Shown here: piece by piece, positions 13,811 through 24,199 of the stretch
Position numbering within the stretch: the first letter of the stretch is position 1
How the letters are laid out: each line of letters opens with the position of its first letter
NCBI GenBank assembly: GCA_034111125.1
Contig: JAWUXW010000059.1
Coordinates: 1-47,199, forward strand
DNA from: Paraglaciecola sp.
Lineage (GTDB): Bacteria > Pseudomonadota > Gammaproteobacteria > Enterobacterales > Alteromonadaceae
Length of the DNA: 47,199 bases
Direction: 5' to 3'
The notes under the pieces: model-generated
Told to the model about the DNA's origin: nothing
Seen by the model: only the letters and a program-made list of their open reading frames with translations
The model's database searches: none
Translations under genes and position numbers: made by a program

Positions 13811-16633
13811 ATGACCTTATTAATATCTAACTTGCCAATCGTTACATTATTACCATTTTTCGGCGCTATTTTTGCGGCACGGGCATCTTCTTATAACCGT
13901 GTCGCTTCTGCTTGGGTTGCAGCAATTGTCACTTTGCTCGCTTCAGCACTTTTAATTCCTTCCTCGCTAGCCGTGTTTGCCGGAGAAACGGTAATACAGA
14001 GTTGGTCATGGATACCTGCAATTGGCTTGGAGTTTGCGTTTCGTCTTGACGGTTTAGCATTATTGTTTGCCTGTCTGATATTAGGGATTGGCCTGCTCGT
14101 TATACTTTACGCCCGTTACTACCTTGCTGCAAAAGACAGCATGGGAAGATTTTTTGCGTACCTGCTGATATTTATGGGCTCAATGCTGGGTATTGTGCTT
14201 TCAGAAAACATTCTCCAGCTGCTGGTTTTTTGGGAACTTACGTCACTTTCTTCGTTTCTACTAATCAGTTACTGGCAACATCGCCAAGACGCCCGTGATG
14301 GTGCTTCTATGGCCCTGGTCATCACTGGCGGCGGCGGTTTAGCATTGCTGGCTGCGGTACTTTTACTCGGCAATATTGTCGGCAGTTATAATCTTAGCGA
14401 TGTATTAGCCGCAGGTGAGCTGGTGCGCTCTGATGAATTGTATTTGCCGATCCTAATCCTTTTCCTGGTGGGTGTTTTCACCAAGTCAGCACAATTTCCT
14501 TTTCATTTTTGGTTACCCCATGCCATGGCGGCTCCGACCCCCGTTTCAGCTTACCTTCACTCGGCCACTATGGTAAAAGCAGGGATTTTCCTACTGGCTC
14601 GATTTTTCCCCGTGTTCGCAGGTACACCTGAATGGACATGGTTGGTGGGTGGTGCAGGTTTGATTACCTTGGTAATGGGCGCTTATATGGCCTTGTTTAA
14701 GCACGACATTAAAGGTTTACTTGCTTATTCAACGATCAGTCATCTGGGATTAATCACCTTATTATTTGGTTTTGGTACCCATCTAGCTGCGGTCGCTGCA
14801 ATTTTCCATATTATTAATCATGCTACGTTTAAAGCGTCCTTGTTTATGGTTGCAGGTATTATTGATCACGAAACGGGGTCTCGTGATATGCGCAAGCTGA
14901 ATGGTTTGTTCAAATACATGCCGCATACTGCGGTATTAGCGATTATTTCCTCGGCAGCAATGGCCGGTGTTCCCTTGTTAAATGGCTTCTTAAGTAAAGA
15001 AATGTTTTTTGAGCAGACAGTTTCGGCAGTTTACGATGCACCGTTTATGATCATCGTGCTTATTTTGGTTTTGTTGGCAGCCATTTTTGCGGTGGCGTAT
15101 TCCTTGCGTTTTATCCACGACGTGTTTTTTAACGGCGACTCAATTGATCTACCCAAAACGCCCCATGAACCACCCACTTTAATGAGAATACCTGTCGATT
15201 TGCTCGTGCTGATTTGCTTGGCGGTCGGTATATTTCCAATGTTTTTTGTCGCACCTATGTTAGCAGCAGCAGTGGCGGGCAGTTTGCAGGCTGCACCACC
15301 AGACTACAGTCTGGCTATTTGGCATGGCTTTAATTTACCTTTGGTGATGAGCATGGTGGCGCTGGCATTAGGTGTAGTGGTTTATATGTTGCGTGATCGA
15401 TTGTTTAAATGGCATGACCGCAGGATGTCAGATTTAGATGCGCGCATTATTTATCATTTTATATATAACAGTATTACTACCATGGCCAGTGCTATCACCC
15501 GCTCTTTCGATAAAGGCTCATTGCAGAACGCCATCGCGTGGATTATCGGCACAGCCTTTGTCGCCGGTGTTATTGGCTTTATGTCTGTTGCATCTCCGAT
15601 ATTGGGCCCACGAGAGCTGTTGCCGGTTGATGGTGTAAGTATAGCGGCTGCTTTAGTGCTTATTGGTGCGAGTATTATGACGGTAGTTTTTCATCAACAG
15701 CGCCTGGTTGCTTTGGTAATGGTCGGTGTTGTAGGTTTAATCGTTGTGCTGCTATTTGTGAAATTTTCCGCTCCTGATTTGGCTTTGACACAATTATCAG
15801 TGGAAATCGTTACTATTATCCTGTTATTACTGGCGCTGCACTTTTTACCTCAAACCAGTCCTAAAGAATTGGGCCGCCTTCGTATCAGTCGTGATGTCAT
15901 CATCTCAGTCATGTCGGGCGTCGGCGTAATGGTGCTATCGATGGCGGTAATGAGCAGAGATTTTGTGCCTATTTCAGACTTTTTCCTTGCCAATGCAGTG
16001 CCCGGTGGTGGTGGAACCAATGTGGTTAATGTCATTTTAGTGGATTTTCGCGGTACCGATACCCTAGGTGAAATTGTTGTCTTGGCTTTAGCTGGATTGG
16101 GTATTTATGCCTTAATCGATGGCCTAAAATTATATGCACCTGCCCATGATGAGAATGGTTTGAATTGGTGCGAGGATAATCACCCTCCAATTATGCAAGC
16201 CTTAACCCGCTTATTGTTTCCGTTGATGATAATGGTCGCAGTGTTTATTTTCATTCGGGGGCACAATTTGCCCGGAGGCGGATTTATTGCAGGTTTAATT
16301 GCTGCAGTCGCTCTGATCATACAGTACCTGGCTAATGGAATTTCCTGGACGGCACAACGCCTTAGAATTGATATGCATTGGATAATCGGTATCGGTTTGT
16401 TGATTGCTACGTTCACGGGTTTAGTTTCTATGTTGCTGGGATATCCTTTCATGACGACTACTTATACCTACTTAACATGGCCAATAGTGGGTAAATTTGA
16501 AGTTGCCAGTGCCTTTGTTTTTGATTTAGGTGTGTTTCTTGTTGTTGTAGGTGCAACCGTAATGATTCTGGTGCAATTAGGTCGATTAAGTGACACCTCC
16601 CACAAACGACAACAACATCTGGAGTCAAAATAA
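13811..16633 (+). CDS. mrpA: Mrp/Pha cation/H+ antiporter subunit A (fused A+B)
   Basis: FWELTS, KSAQFPFHFWLPHAMAAPTPVSAYLHSATMVKAG, NVVNVILVDFRG and a C-terminal MrpB motif GHNLPGGGF. Confidence 0.93.
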   Translation: MTLLISNLPIVTLLPFFGAIFAARASSYNRVASAWVAAIVTLLASALLIPSSLAVFAGETVIQSWSWIPAIGLEFAFRLDGLALLFACLILGIGLLVILYARYYLAAKDSMGRFFAYLLIFMGSMLGIVLSENILQLLVFWELTSLSSFLLISYWQHRQDARDGASMALVITGGGGLALLAAVLLLGNIVGSYNLSDVLAAGELVRSDELYLPILILFLVGVFTKSAQFPFHFWLPHAMAAPTPVSAYLHSATMVKAGIFLLARFFPVFAGTPEWTWLVGGAGLITLVMGAYMALFKHDIKGLLAYSTISHLGLITLLFGFGTHLAAVAAIFHIINHATFKASLFMVAGIIDHETGSRDMRKLNGLFKYMPHTAVLAIISSAAMAGVPLLNGFLSKEMFFEQTVSAVYDAPFMIIVLILVLLAAIFAVAYSLRFIHDVFFNGDSIDLPKTPHEPPTLMRIPVDLLVLICLAVGIFPMFFVAPMLAAAVAGSLQAAPPDYSLAIWHGFNLPLVMSMVALALGVVVYMLRDRLFKWHDRRMSDLDARIIYHFIYNSITTMASAITRSFDKGSLQNAIAWIIGTAFVAGVIGFMSVASPILGPRELLPVDGVSIAAALVLIGASIMTVVFHQQRLVALVMVGVVGLIVVLLFVKFSAPDLALTQLSVEIVTIILLLLALHFLPQTSPKELGRLRISRDVIISVMSGVGVMVLSMAVMSRDFVPISDFFLANAVPGGGGTNVVNVILVDFRGTDTLGEIVVLALAGLGIYALIDGLKLYAPAHDENGLNWCEDNHPPIMQALTRLLFPLMIMVAVFIFIRGHNLPGGGFIAGLIAAVALIIQYLANGISWTAQRLRIDMHWIIGIGLLIATFTGLVSMLLGYPFMTTTYTYLTWPIVGKFEVASAFVFDLGVFLVVVGATVMILVQLGRLSDTSHKRQQHLESK

Positions 16634-17046
16634 TGGAGTGGTTAGTGGCGTTGGTGATAGGCGTGTTAACGGCTTCGGGCGTGTATTTAACGATGCGAGC
16701 ACGCACATTTCCAGTGGTACTGGGTTTAACTTTGCTGGCTTATGGGGTCAATGTGTTTTTATTTGCGATGGGACGTTTGACGATTGGGCACCCAGCCGTT
16801 ATTGATCCTGCCGCTGTCAACTATAGCGATCCTTTACCACAAGCTTTAGTGTTAACGGCGATTGTTATTGCATTTGGTATGACCGCATTTTTAATTGTAT
16901 TGGCTCTTAAAGCACGCAGTGAATTGGGTAATGACCATGTTGATGGCTTAGACCTCGCTGAAGATGAGGTCCCCTTAAAAAAGAATGCCGTGACAAGAGC
17001 ACATGAAAAGTACCTAAAGTTAATTAAGAAAAAGAGAAAAGAATAA
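16633..17046 (+). CDS. mrpC: Mrp subunit C
   Basis: DPLPQALVLTAIVI; TAATG overlap with mrpA. Confidence 0.93.
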   Translation: MEWLVALVIGVLTASGVYLTMRARTFPVVLGLTLLAYGVNVFLFAMGRLTIGHPAVIDPAAVNYSDPLPQALVLTAIVIAFGMTAFLIVLALKARSELGNDHVDGLDLAEDEVPLKKNAVTRAHEKYLKLIKKKRKE

Positions 17047-18596
17047 TGCATTTAGCAGCGTGGTCGGTATTTCTCCCCTTAATAGCAGGTTTTATTGTCC
17101 TGTTTGCAAAAGCAAAAGGCCTGCTGTGGCAGCGTGTGCTCAATTTGCTCTCTGTGGTTGTATTGGTTTTATTGAGTATCGTGTTAATTATTGAGTCTTC
17201 TTCTGGCGTTCATCAGGTCTACCTCTTGGGTAACTGGGCGGCTCCATTTGGCATTGTATTGGTATTAGATCAATTGTCAGCTCTGATGATTGCTATTACC
17301 TCGGCACTTGCTTTGGCCGCTTTGATTTATGCCATTGCGACTAACACCGATAAACAGGGTGCCCATTTCCATGTGCTATTTATGCTCATTTTATTTGGAT
17401 TAAACGGCGCTTTTCTAACAGGTGATTTGTTTAATCTTTTTGTGTTTTTTGAAGTGTTACTGTTAGCCTCTTACGGGCTATTGTTGCACGGCGGTGGACG
17501 CTTACGCACCAAGGCCGGCTTGCATTATGTAATAATCAATATGGTTGGGGCCACACTATTTTTATTCGCTGTGGGCGCACTCTATGGTGTACTAGGCACA
17601 CTCAACATTGCCGATATGGCCACCAAAGTCGCCCTGCTTCCCGAACAAGATTTAGGCTTGGTTGCCGCAGCAGGTTTGCTGCTATTGGTGGTGTTTGGCA
17701 CTAAGGCAGCGCTGTTTCCATTATATTTATGGATGCCAACGGCATACAGTAATACCTCAGCTTCGGTAGCGGCCTTGTTTGCGATTATGACTAAGGTCGG
17801 TTTGTATGCAATCATCAGAGTACACGGCACTGTTTTTGGTGCTGAAGCTGGCAGTTTGGCAAATTACCATATGCCCTGGTTATTAGGTCTTGGAATGATC
17901 ACTCTCATGTTAGCGGCGTTTGGAGTGATGGCCTCTAGAAGATTGCGTGAACAGGTCTCTTATCTGGTACTGGCTTCTATTGCCACTATGCTGATTGCGG
18001 TAGGTTTAAATAATCCCCTGGCCCTCAGTGCCAGCTTTTATTACATGATCCATTCGACGCTAATGGCTGGAGGACTATTTCTATTAGCGGATATTATTTC
18101 CCGTGGTCGAGGTACTTTCAAGGATCGCTTTGAGAGTGCTTACGCTATGCCCGGTGCTGTCCTGATAGGTGCTATGTTTATGTACGGTGCCATTGCTATG
18201 ACGGGTATACCCCCTTTATCCGGTTTTTTTGGCAAGATACTAATACTAAGCGCGGCACTTGAGCATCAATGGTCTGGATTGGTGTTGGCAGTTATATTAG
18301 TAGCAGGTTTTTTGATGATAATTACCATGGCACGCACCGGTTCGCTGTTGTTTTACAAGGTGCTCGACTCTGATGAAACGCATAATCCGCCGGAGGATAA
18401 TGATGTATCTAGAGAATCCCCCAATCGCATTTCAACTATTACTGTTATAGGCCTGTTTGCGCTGAGTCCTATATTAGTAATATTTGCCCAACCCATTACC
18501 GCCTTTACCGAATCAGTCGCTAAGCAGCAATTCGACAGTCAAGGTTATATTCAGTCAGTGTTGTCAAAACAGCCGGTAAAAGCAGAGAAGGAATAA
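17046..18596 (+). CDS. mrpD: Mrp subunit D
   Basis: LTGDLFNLFVFFEV, KAALFPLYLWMP, GIPPLSGFFGK. Confidence 0.93.
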   Translation: MHLAAWSVFLPLIAGFIVLFAKAKGLLWQRVLNLLSVVVLVLLSIVLIIESSSGVHQVYLLGNWAAPFGIVLVLDQLSALMIAITSALALAALIYAIATNTDKQGAHFHVLFMLILFGLNGAFLTGDLFNLFVFFEVLLLASYGLLLHGGGRLRTKAGLHYVIINMVGATLFLFAVGALYGVLGTLNIADMATKVALLPEQDLGLVAAAGLLLLVVFGTKAALFPLYLWMPTAYSNTSASVAALFAIMTKVGLYAIIRVHGTVFGAEAGSLANYHMPWLLGLGMITLMLAAFGVMASRRLREQVSYLVLASIATMLIAVGLNNPLALSASFYYMIHSTLMAGGLFLLADIISRGRGTFKDRFESAYAMPGAVLIGAMFMYGAIAMTGIPPLSGFFGKILILSAALEHQWSGLVLAVILVAGFLMIITMARTGSLLFYKVLDSDETHNPPEDNDVSRESPNRISTITVIGLFALSPILVIFAQPITAFTESVAKQQFDSQGYIQSVLSKQPVKAEKE

Positions 18597-19102
18597 TGGC
18601 TAAATCATCTTTTAGTAAAATGTTACCTCACCCCATTCTTAGTTTAACATTATGGGCTTTCTGGCTATTACTAAACAATACCATGGGCGCAGGGCATATT
18701 GTATTGGGATTCTTTTTAGCTATTATAATCCCATTATTTACTGCGGGGTTTTGGCCTGAAAAAGTACGCATTAAAGCGCCATTAACACTGTTAAAATTTT
18801 TAGCCTTGGTGCTGTGGGACATTTTGGTAGCTAACCTTATGGTTGCGAAATTAGTCCTGGGACGCAACGATAGTTTAAAGCCTGCTTTCTTTCATATCGA
18901 GTTAGATATAGAGAACTCATTAGGAATTAGTTTTTTGTCCAACACAATTTCCTTAACTCCCGGCACAGTGTCATGTGATCTTACTGCGGACGGCAGTTTT
19001 TTATTGGTGCATGCATTACATGCTGATAATATTAGTGAACTCGTAGAACATATAAAACTCCGTTATGAAGCACCACTAATAAAGGTATTTACATCATGTT
19101 AG
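18596..19102 (+). CDS. mrpE: Mrp subunit E
   Basis: NTISLTPGT, LLVHAL. Confidence 0.92.
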   Translation: MAKSSFSKMLPHPILSLTLWAFWLLLNNTMGAGHIVLGFFLAIIIPLFTAGFWPEKVRIKAPLTLLKFLALVLWDILVANLMVAKLVLGRNDSLKPAFFHIELDIENSLGISFLSNTISLTPGTVSCDLTADGSFLLVHALHADNISELVEHIKLRYEAPLIKVFTSC

Positions 19103-19365
19103 AGTTGGTTTTACCCATTGCGTTTACCCTGCTGGCTGTTTCGATATTGCTGTGTTTTCTTCGCTTATTAAAAGGTCCTGATCTACCAGATCGGCTCCTT
19201 GCTTTAGATACGCTTTATATTAATGCCATTGCCTTAGTCGTTTTATTTGGCATACACCTCGAATCGTCACTGTTTTTTGAAGCCGCATTATTAATTGCAG
19301 TAATGGGTTTTGTTGGCACATTAGCGCTAAGTAAATACCTATTACGCGGCGACATAATGGAATAG
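19096..19365 (+). CDS. mrpF: Mrp subunit F
   Basis: RLLKGPDLPDRLLALD. Confidence 0.92.
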   Translation: MLELVLPIAFTLLAVSILLCFLRLLKGPDLPDRLLALDTLYINAIALVVLFGIHLESSLFFEAALLIAVMGFVGTLALSKYLLRGDIME

Positions 19366-19414
19366 TCTGCCCCATCAGATATAAACTAAAGATTTACATT
19401 AGAGGAATACATAA

Positions 19415-19735
19415 ATGCTCGACTGGATATTAGCCGCCTTAGTCTTAATTGGCGCTTCCTTTACGCTTATAGGTTCTATTGGTCTCTACAAACTTCCTGA
19501 TTTTTATATGCGGCTGCACGGTCCAACCAAAGCCACTACCTTAGGTGTGGGCGCAATTTTAATAGCCTCTGTACTGTACTTTAGCTTCAAAACAGACGCC
19601 ACTAGCCTGCATGAAACTCTAGTGACGGTATTTTTGTTTATAACTGCACCGGTAAGCGCACATTTAATGGCTAAATCGGCGTTGCATATTAAAGTGAAGC
19701 AAGTTGAACGTACCCAGTCAGACTATAAAATCTAA
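19415..19735 (+). CDS. mrpG: Mrp subunit G
   Basis: LPDFYMRLHGPTKATTLG, TAPVSAH. Confidence 0.92.
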   Translation: MLDWILAALVLIGASFTLIGSIGLYKLPDFYMRLHGPTKATTLGVGAILIASVLYFSFKTDATSLHETLVTVFLFITAPVSAHLMAKSALHIKVKQVERTQSDYKI

Positions 19736-19816
19736 TGCTAGTATTACCAGCAGTTGACATATATGATTCTTCACGTAAGGTTGTGAACATAAGTTTAATT
19801 TTAGTTGTAGCAAGCT

Positions 19817-21046
19817 TTGATTATCCAAGAAAAAAATATCTCTCGCAATATTATTATTTCTGGCCTTATTTCACTGACGCTTTTCTGTTTCAGCGATGTA
19901 TATGCCGAACAAGATGATAAACTTCAATTTTCTGGTTTTGCTCGTGTAGTCATGGGGCATCTGGATGACGAGAATGCCGAATACATTGGCTATGGCAATG
20001 CCATTAGTTTTGACCAGCAAACTCTGCTCGGACTGCAAGCTGACTTTCAAATAACTGACTCATTATCTGTCACCGGCCAGGTGATTGGCCATACAGGAAC
20101 CCATCGCGAGTCTGGTCTTGAGTGGTTATATCTGAGCTATTCACCGTCAAAATCCCTGCAGTTTAAAATTGGCAGACAACGTACGCCTTTTTTTAACTAT
20201 AGCGATATTATTGATGTAGGTTTCGCCTACCCCTGGATTACGACCCCGCAACAAGTTTACAGCTCATTTTTCTTTTCCTCATTTGATGGCGTGATGGCCA
20301 GTTACGAATTTGCAGGTAAAGAATTTATAATGAACTTCGAGGGATATTGGGGAAGTTTTGACGGCAACATTTATGTAGCCAATGATGAAGTTGATGCTAA
20401 AGTCAACGACCTCCGAGGTATCATAAGTAACCTGAGCTATCAAAATTGGACATTCAGAGCCTCATACCATCAAACAGATGCTATGGTAAGCGGAGGAATA
20501 AGGCTAGCAGAATTGTCTTTGTTCGGCGCTCAGTTGCGCCAATTAGGTTTTACTCAAAGTGCAGATTCACTATGTCTGGATGGTCTTAGTGAGTTTTATC
20601 AGATCAGTGTCAATTATGAGAACCTTAATTATTTTATTCTCACTGAATTCACCCAAGTCACAGCTGAGTTCCTGATTGCGCCAAAGATGGATAGTTACTT
20701 TGTCTCCGCAGGATACAACTTCTACCCCTTTACATCTTATATCTCTGTAGCAAATAATAGGAGTGAATATGGGCAACCTGCCACAGATATTCCTATCGGC
20801 GTAGCCCCCGAATTGGATGCATTGGCCTTCGGTTATCAAGCAATCTTTGGTCAGTTATCTCTTGATAGTTCTACTGCTGTTACGTTGGGTACTCGATGGG
20901 ATTGGAAGTCGAATATTGCCTTTAAAGCTGAAGTAACCTTTATAGAGGGCGATAGCAACGATAGAGCTTTTTTTAATATAAAGGACACTCAAAATTTTGA
21001 TCGAGAAGCAACGCTTTATCAACTGGCAATGGAGTGGGTTTTCTAG
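19817..21046 (+). CDS. Porin-like outer-membrane beta-barrel protein
   Basis: Signal peptide, alternating amphipathic strands, GRQRTPFF..DVGFAYPW and a C-terminal beta-signal MEWVF. TTG start is uncertain. Confidence 0.75.
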   Translation: MIIQEKNISRNIIISGLISLTLFCFSDVYAEQDDKLQFSGFARVVMGHLDDENAEYIGYGNAISFDQQTLLGLQADFQITDSLSVTGQVIGHTGTHRESGLEWLYLSYSPSKSLQFKIGRQRTPFFNYSDIIDVGFAYPWITTPQQVYSSFFFSSFDGVMASYEFAGKEFIMNFEGYWGSFDGNIYVANDEVDAKVNDLRGIISNLSYQNWTFRASYHQTDAMVSGGIRLAELSLFGAQLRQLGFTQSADSLCLDGLSEFYQISVNYENLNYFILTEFTQVTAEFLIAPKMDSYFVSAGYNFYPFTSYISVANNRSEYGQPATDIPIGVAPELDALAFGYQAIFGQLSLDSSTAVTLGTRWDWKSNIAFKAEVTFIEGDSNDRAFFNIKDTQNFDREATLYQLAMEWVF

Positions 21047-21465
21047 TGAAAGCACTACTTTGCTTAGCCGCCTTAATGAGTATGATAGCCAGTTTTAGTG
21101 TTCAAGCAACGGATTCAATTGTCGTTGTGGCTAATACTCAAGATAAATCCCTCAATCTTAACCGTCAGGAAGTACGAAATCTATTTATGGGTGGCGTATT
21201 ACCTTATGAACTAACAGCTGTGGCATTACCTCCCAGCAATCAAACCAGAGTGATATTCAATACCAAAGTTGTTGGGCTTACAGAGTCAAGAATTCAGTCA
21301 TATTGGGCACAAATGCGCTTTTCAGGGCGCAAAAAACCACCCAGAGAAATAAACAACGAAACGCTATTGATTGAGTATTTAAAGAGTCATCCAGGTGCTG
21401 TGGCGTACCTGCCCGCAGATACCGATATCCCCGAGCAACTAACAGTTTTATTTGAAATTCGTTAA
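21046..21465 (+). CDS. Small periplasmic PBP-like protein (often annotated as phosphate ABC substrate-binding-like)
   Basis: GTG overlaps the porin TAG; signal peptide, VVVAN, YWAQMRFSG, PGAVAY. Confidence 0.7.
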   Translation: MKALLCLAALMSMIASFSVQATDSIVVVANTQDKSLNLNRQEVRNLFMGGVLPYELTAVALPPSNQTRVIFNTKVVGLTESRIQSYWAQMRFSGRKKPPREINNETLLIEYLKSHPGAVAYLPADTDIPEQLTVLFEIR

Positions 21466-21583
21466 CACCACATCAAGCAAGCACACTTTTAAGCTAGCTT
21501 CAGCTCACTTATTAGAAACCCACCTATCATCAATGAATCTAGAAGAAGTTATATTCTTTAGTATTTTTGATCACTGAACTTTT

Positions 21584-21635
21584 ATACCAACCCACCTAAA
21601 TATCTGCTCACTCAGCGATGAATAAAACAATCACG
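21584..21635 (+). repeat. Truncated left end of the MITE-like element at 27937
   Basis: ATACCAACCCACCTAAATATCTGCTCACTCAGCGATGAATAAAA matches 27937-27980 with 2 mismatches. Confidence 0.85.
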
Positions 21636-21667
21636 CATCAACATCGTGTGTAGCAGCACAGAATTGC

Positions 21668-23740
21668 TCATGGTCTCTTGAGGTTAGTTAGATCTTGCTC
21701 TTTGAGTACCTGCTCTAGCACCATGGGCTTTGCGAATAGGTATCCCTGTAATTCATGACAGCCATTGTTCACCAAAAACTCTGCCTGCTCTCTGGTTTCG
21801 ACCCCTTCAGCACAGATTCTTAGCTTAAGCTGTTTTGCCATTTCGATAATGGTCTTAGTGATTAAGCTACTTCGCTCAGACAGCCCTAAATTATCAACAA
21901 ACTGCTTATCTATTTTTAGGGTATTAAAGTGCAGTTTTGTCAGATAACTTAGTGAAGAATAACCGGTTCCAAAATCATCGAGAGCAATGGAAGAGCCTAT
22001 GCTTTTAATCTCAGTAAAAAAGTTGTTTGCCATGTCAAAGTTCTCAAGGTAAGCAGACTCCGTCACTTCAAACTCTATTTTATCCGGTGCCACGTGATAC
22101 TTTTTGAAGATAAATTTGATGAATTCCAATAAAGCCAAACTTTTAATGTCATGTGCTGATAAATTAACAGAAATTACCGTCTCAACTTTTGAATTATCAA
22201 GAATTACGTTCAGATCTTTACATACTCTTTCCAACATCCATTTTGTAATTAAGAGTATCTTGCCGCTTTGTTCTGCAATAGGAATAAATTCCGCTGGAGA
22301 CACAAAACCCAAGGTTTCAGAATTCCATCTGATTAACGCTTCGTAACCCACAACCGTTTCATCAGCTGATACCTTGGCTTGATAAACCACAGAAAACTCA
22401 CCTTTTTTTATGGCAGGAACGATAGTATTTGCTATCTGCAATTTGCGTTTATTGTCCTCCATCATCTCAGGTATGAAGATGGTATGGGTGTTACTACCAG
22501 CCAATTTGGATCGGTACATTGCTAATTCGGCGTTGCTGACAAATTCACTCAAGTTGAAGTTTGAATCTTCCGCCTTCGCTATTCCAATGCTAACGCCGAT
22601 TTGTACTTCCCATGTATTTATATAAAAAGGGATACTCAAGCCTTCCACCAATCGGTCAGCAATATCCATTATCATAAAATCAATCGGTTCGTTTTGTAAC
22701 AGGACCAAGAATTCATCCCCTCCTAAGCGCGAGACGATATCTCCTTCCCTAAGAAGTAATTTGGTTCGTTGACATACGCCGATTAGTAGTTGGTCTCCGG
22801 TTTCATGCCCAAGTGAATCGTTTACCCCCTTGAAACCGTCAAGATCAAAATACATCAATACAAGATTTGCATTTTCACGTTGCGCCTTAGCCAGTTCCAT
22901 CCTTAAGGTTTCCATAAAAAATTGACGATTAGGCAAACCCGTTAAACCATCATAATTAGCAAGACGCTGCATCGTCTTTTGTTGTTCGATCATTTTTTCG
23001 GTATATTCTTTATTTTTCTCAGTCTCAGCATTAATAGTATTCATCATACTGTTTATGTCACGACATAGCTCTGCCACTTCCTGCTTACCACGGATATCAA
23101 TACGCAATGAATAGTCATTAGTTAGTTGTATTTTTTTAGCTAAATTTGATAGACGTGTAAGAGGCAAAAACAATCTGCTTTGCAACCAAAAAGACCCTGC
23201 AATCACCAGCAATACAACGAGTAATGTTAAGGGTAGCGCTCTTTTTAAGAGGCTTAATTTGCTTTTATTCAGTGGACCCGCTGAATCGTTGACGATTAAT
23301 AAATAACCTAAGGGAAGACGTTCATCACCCACTAATTTAAAGGCAATTAATTCATCTTTTTGTACTTCAACTCCCCTAGACTGTCGCCTTAGATTCTCGA
23401 TATTAATGTCAAGATCATCGTTATCCTTACTCGAGGCATTGCCAATATAAACCTGTAGCTCAAGCCAAGCTTGATCATAAATCACTGCGTACTTTACATT
23501 TTCGTAGCTATCCAAACGCAGCAACGTGGTGGTCAGGTCAAATATGTCGGGCTCTTTGGCGAGCAGGGGTACAAGATCATTTGCCATATTTTCAGAAATA
23601 CCATCTAAATCACTTTTTGCCGCTTCAATATATAGATGTTCATGTTCCTGAATAGAAAAACCGAGTACTGCGGCGCAGGCAAAAAAAATGGCCAAAACAG
23701 TCAGAGTAGTAGTGGTATTTTTAATTGTCTTGAATAACAT
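21668..23740 (-). CDS. TM-periplasmic-HAMP-GGDEF-EAL c-di-GMP signalling protein
   Basis: Two TM helices, HAMP, RLGGDEF, YEALIRW, DDFGTGYSS, EGVE, QGY. Confidence 0.92.
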   Translation of the reverse strand: MLFKTIKNTTTTLTVLAIFFACAAVLGFSIQEHEHLYIEAAKSDLDGISENMANDLVPLLAKEPDIFDLTTTLLRLDSYENVKYAVIYDQAWLELQVYIGNASSKDNDDLDINIENLRRQSRGVEVQKDELIAFKLVGDERLPLGYLLIVNDSAGPLNKSKLSLLKRALPLTLLVVLLVIAGSFWLQSRLFLPLTRLSNLAKKIQLTNDYSLRIDIRGKQEVAELCRDINSMMNTINAETEKNKEYTEKMIEQQKTMQRLANYDGLTGLPNRQFFMETLRMELAKAQRENANLVLMYFDLDGFKGVNDSLGHETGDQLLIGVCQRTKLLLREGDIVSRLGGDEFLVLLQNEPIDFMIMDIADRLVEGLSIPFYINTWEVQIGVSIGIAKAEDSNFNLSEFVSNAELAMYRSKLAGSNTHTIFIPEMMEDNKRKLQIANTIVPAIKKGEFSVVYQAKVSADETVVGYEALIRWNSETLGFVSPAEFIPIAEQSGKILLITKWMLERVCKDLNVILDNSKVETVISVNLSAHDIKSLALLEFIKFIFKKYHVAPDKIEFEVTESAYLENFDMANNFFTEIKSIGSSIALDDFGTGYSSLSYLTKLHFNTLKIDKQFVDNLGLSERSSLITKTIIEMAKQLKLRICAEGVETREQAEFLVNNGCHELQGYLFAKPMVLEQVLKEQDLTNLKRP

Positions 23741-24199
23741 ACTATTAGGAATTTATCATTAGCTAGCTACAGTTACCAAAGACCAAATATCTGTAGGTTA
23801 ATTCGAACAATGGTGGCGTATACACGCCATGTTATCACAAAATAATTTAGTAAAAACTTAGACTTAGCTCAGTGTTTGAAAATACATAATTACTCGGACA
23901 TAGGAATTGTACCAATTATTAAAACCACTCATGTACAACCAGCTACTACAAAGAGGCAACATAGCCAAATTTTAGCTGTCCACCATTTTTGGTGCAAAGG
24001 CAGACTTGAGCAGATAATCCGAAAAGCTAAGGGGCAAAGAAAAATTTATTACCTAACCACACTAAGTAAGGAGCCACAGGTAAAACAGTCACAGGAACAG
24101 AATCGTTTACAGCCGATTACCTAGCAACTAACTGGTAAGCCCTAAGTAATACGCTCAGATCGCTCGCACCATCTCTGGTGCTCATCTGTGCGAATACAG

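Noticed and set aside
13811-16633. MrpA-MrpB fusion as a novelty
   Set aside because: Standard for group 2 mrp/pha operons.
23876-24124. 82-aa TTG-start ORF in the EAL-prmA intergenic region
   Set aside because: No RBS or recognisable motif; probably non-coding.
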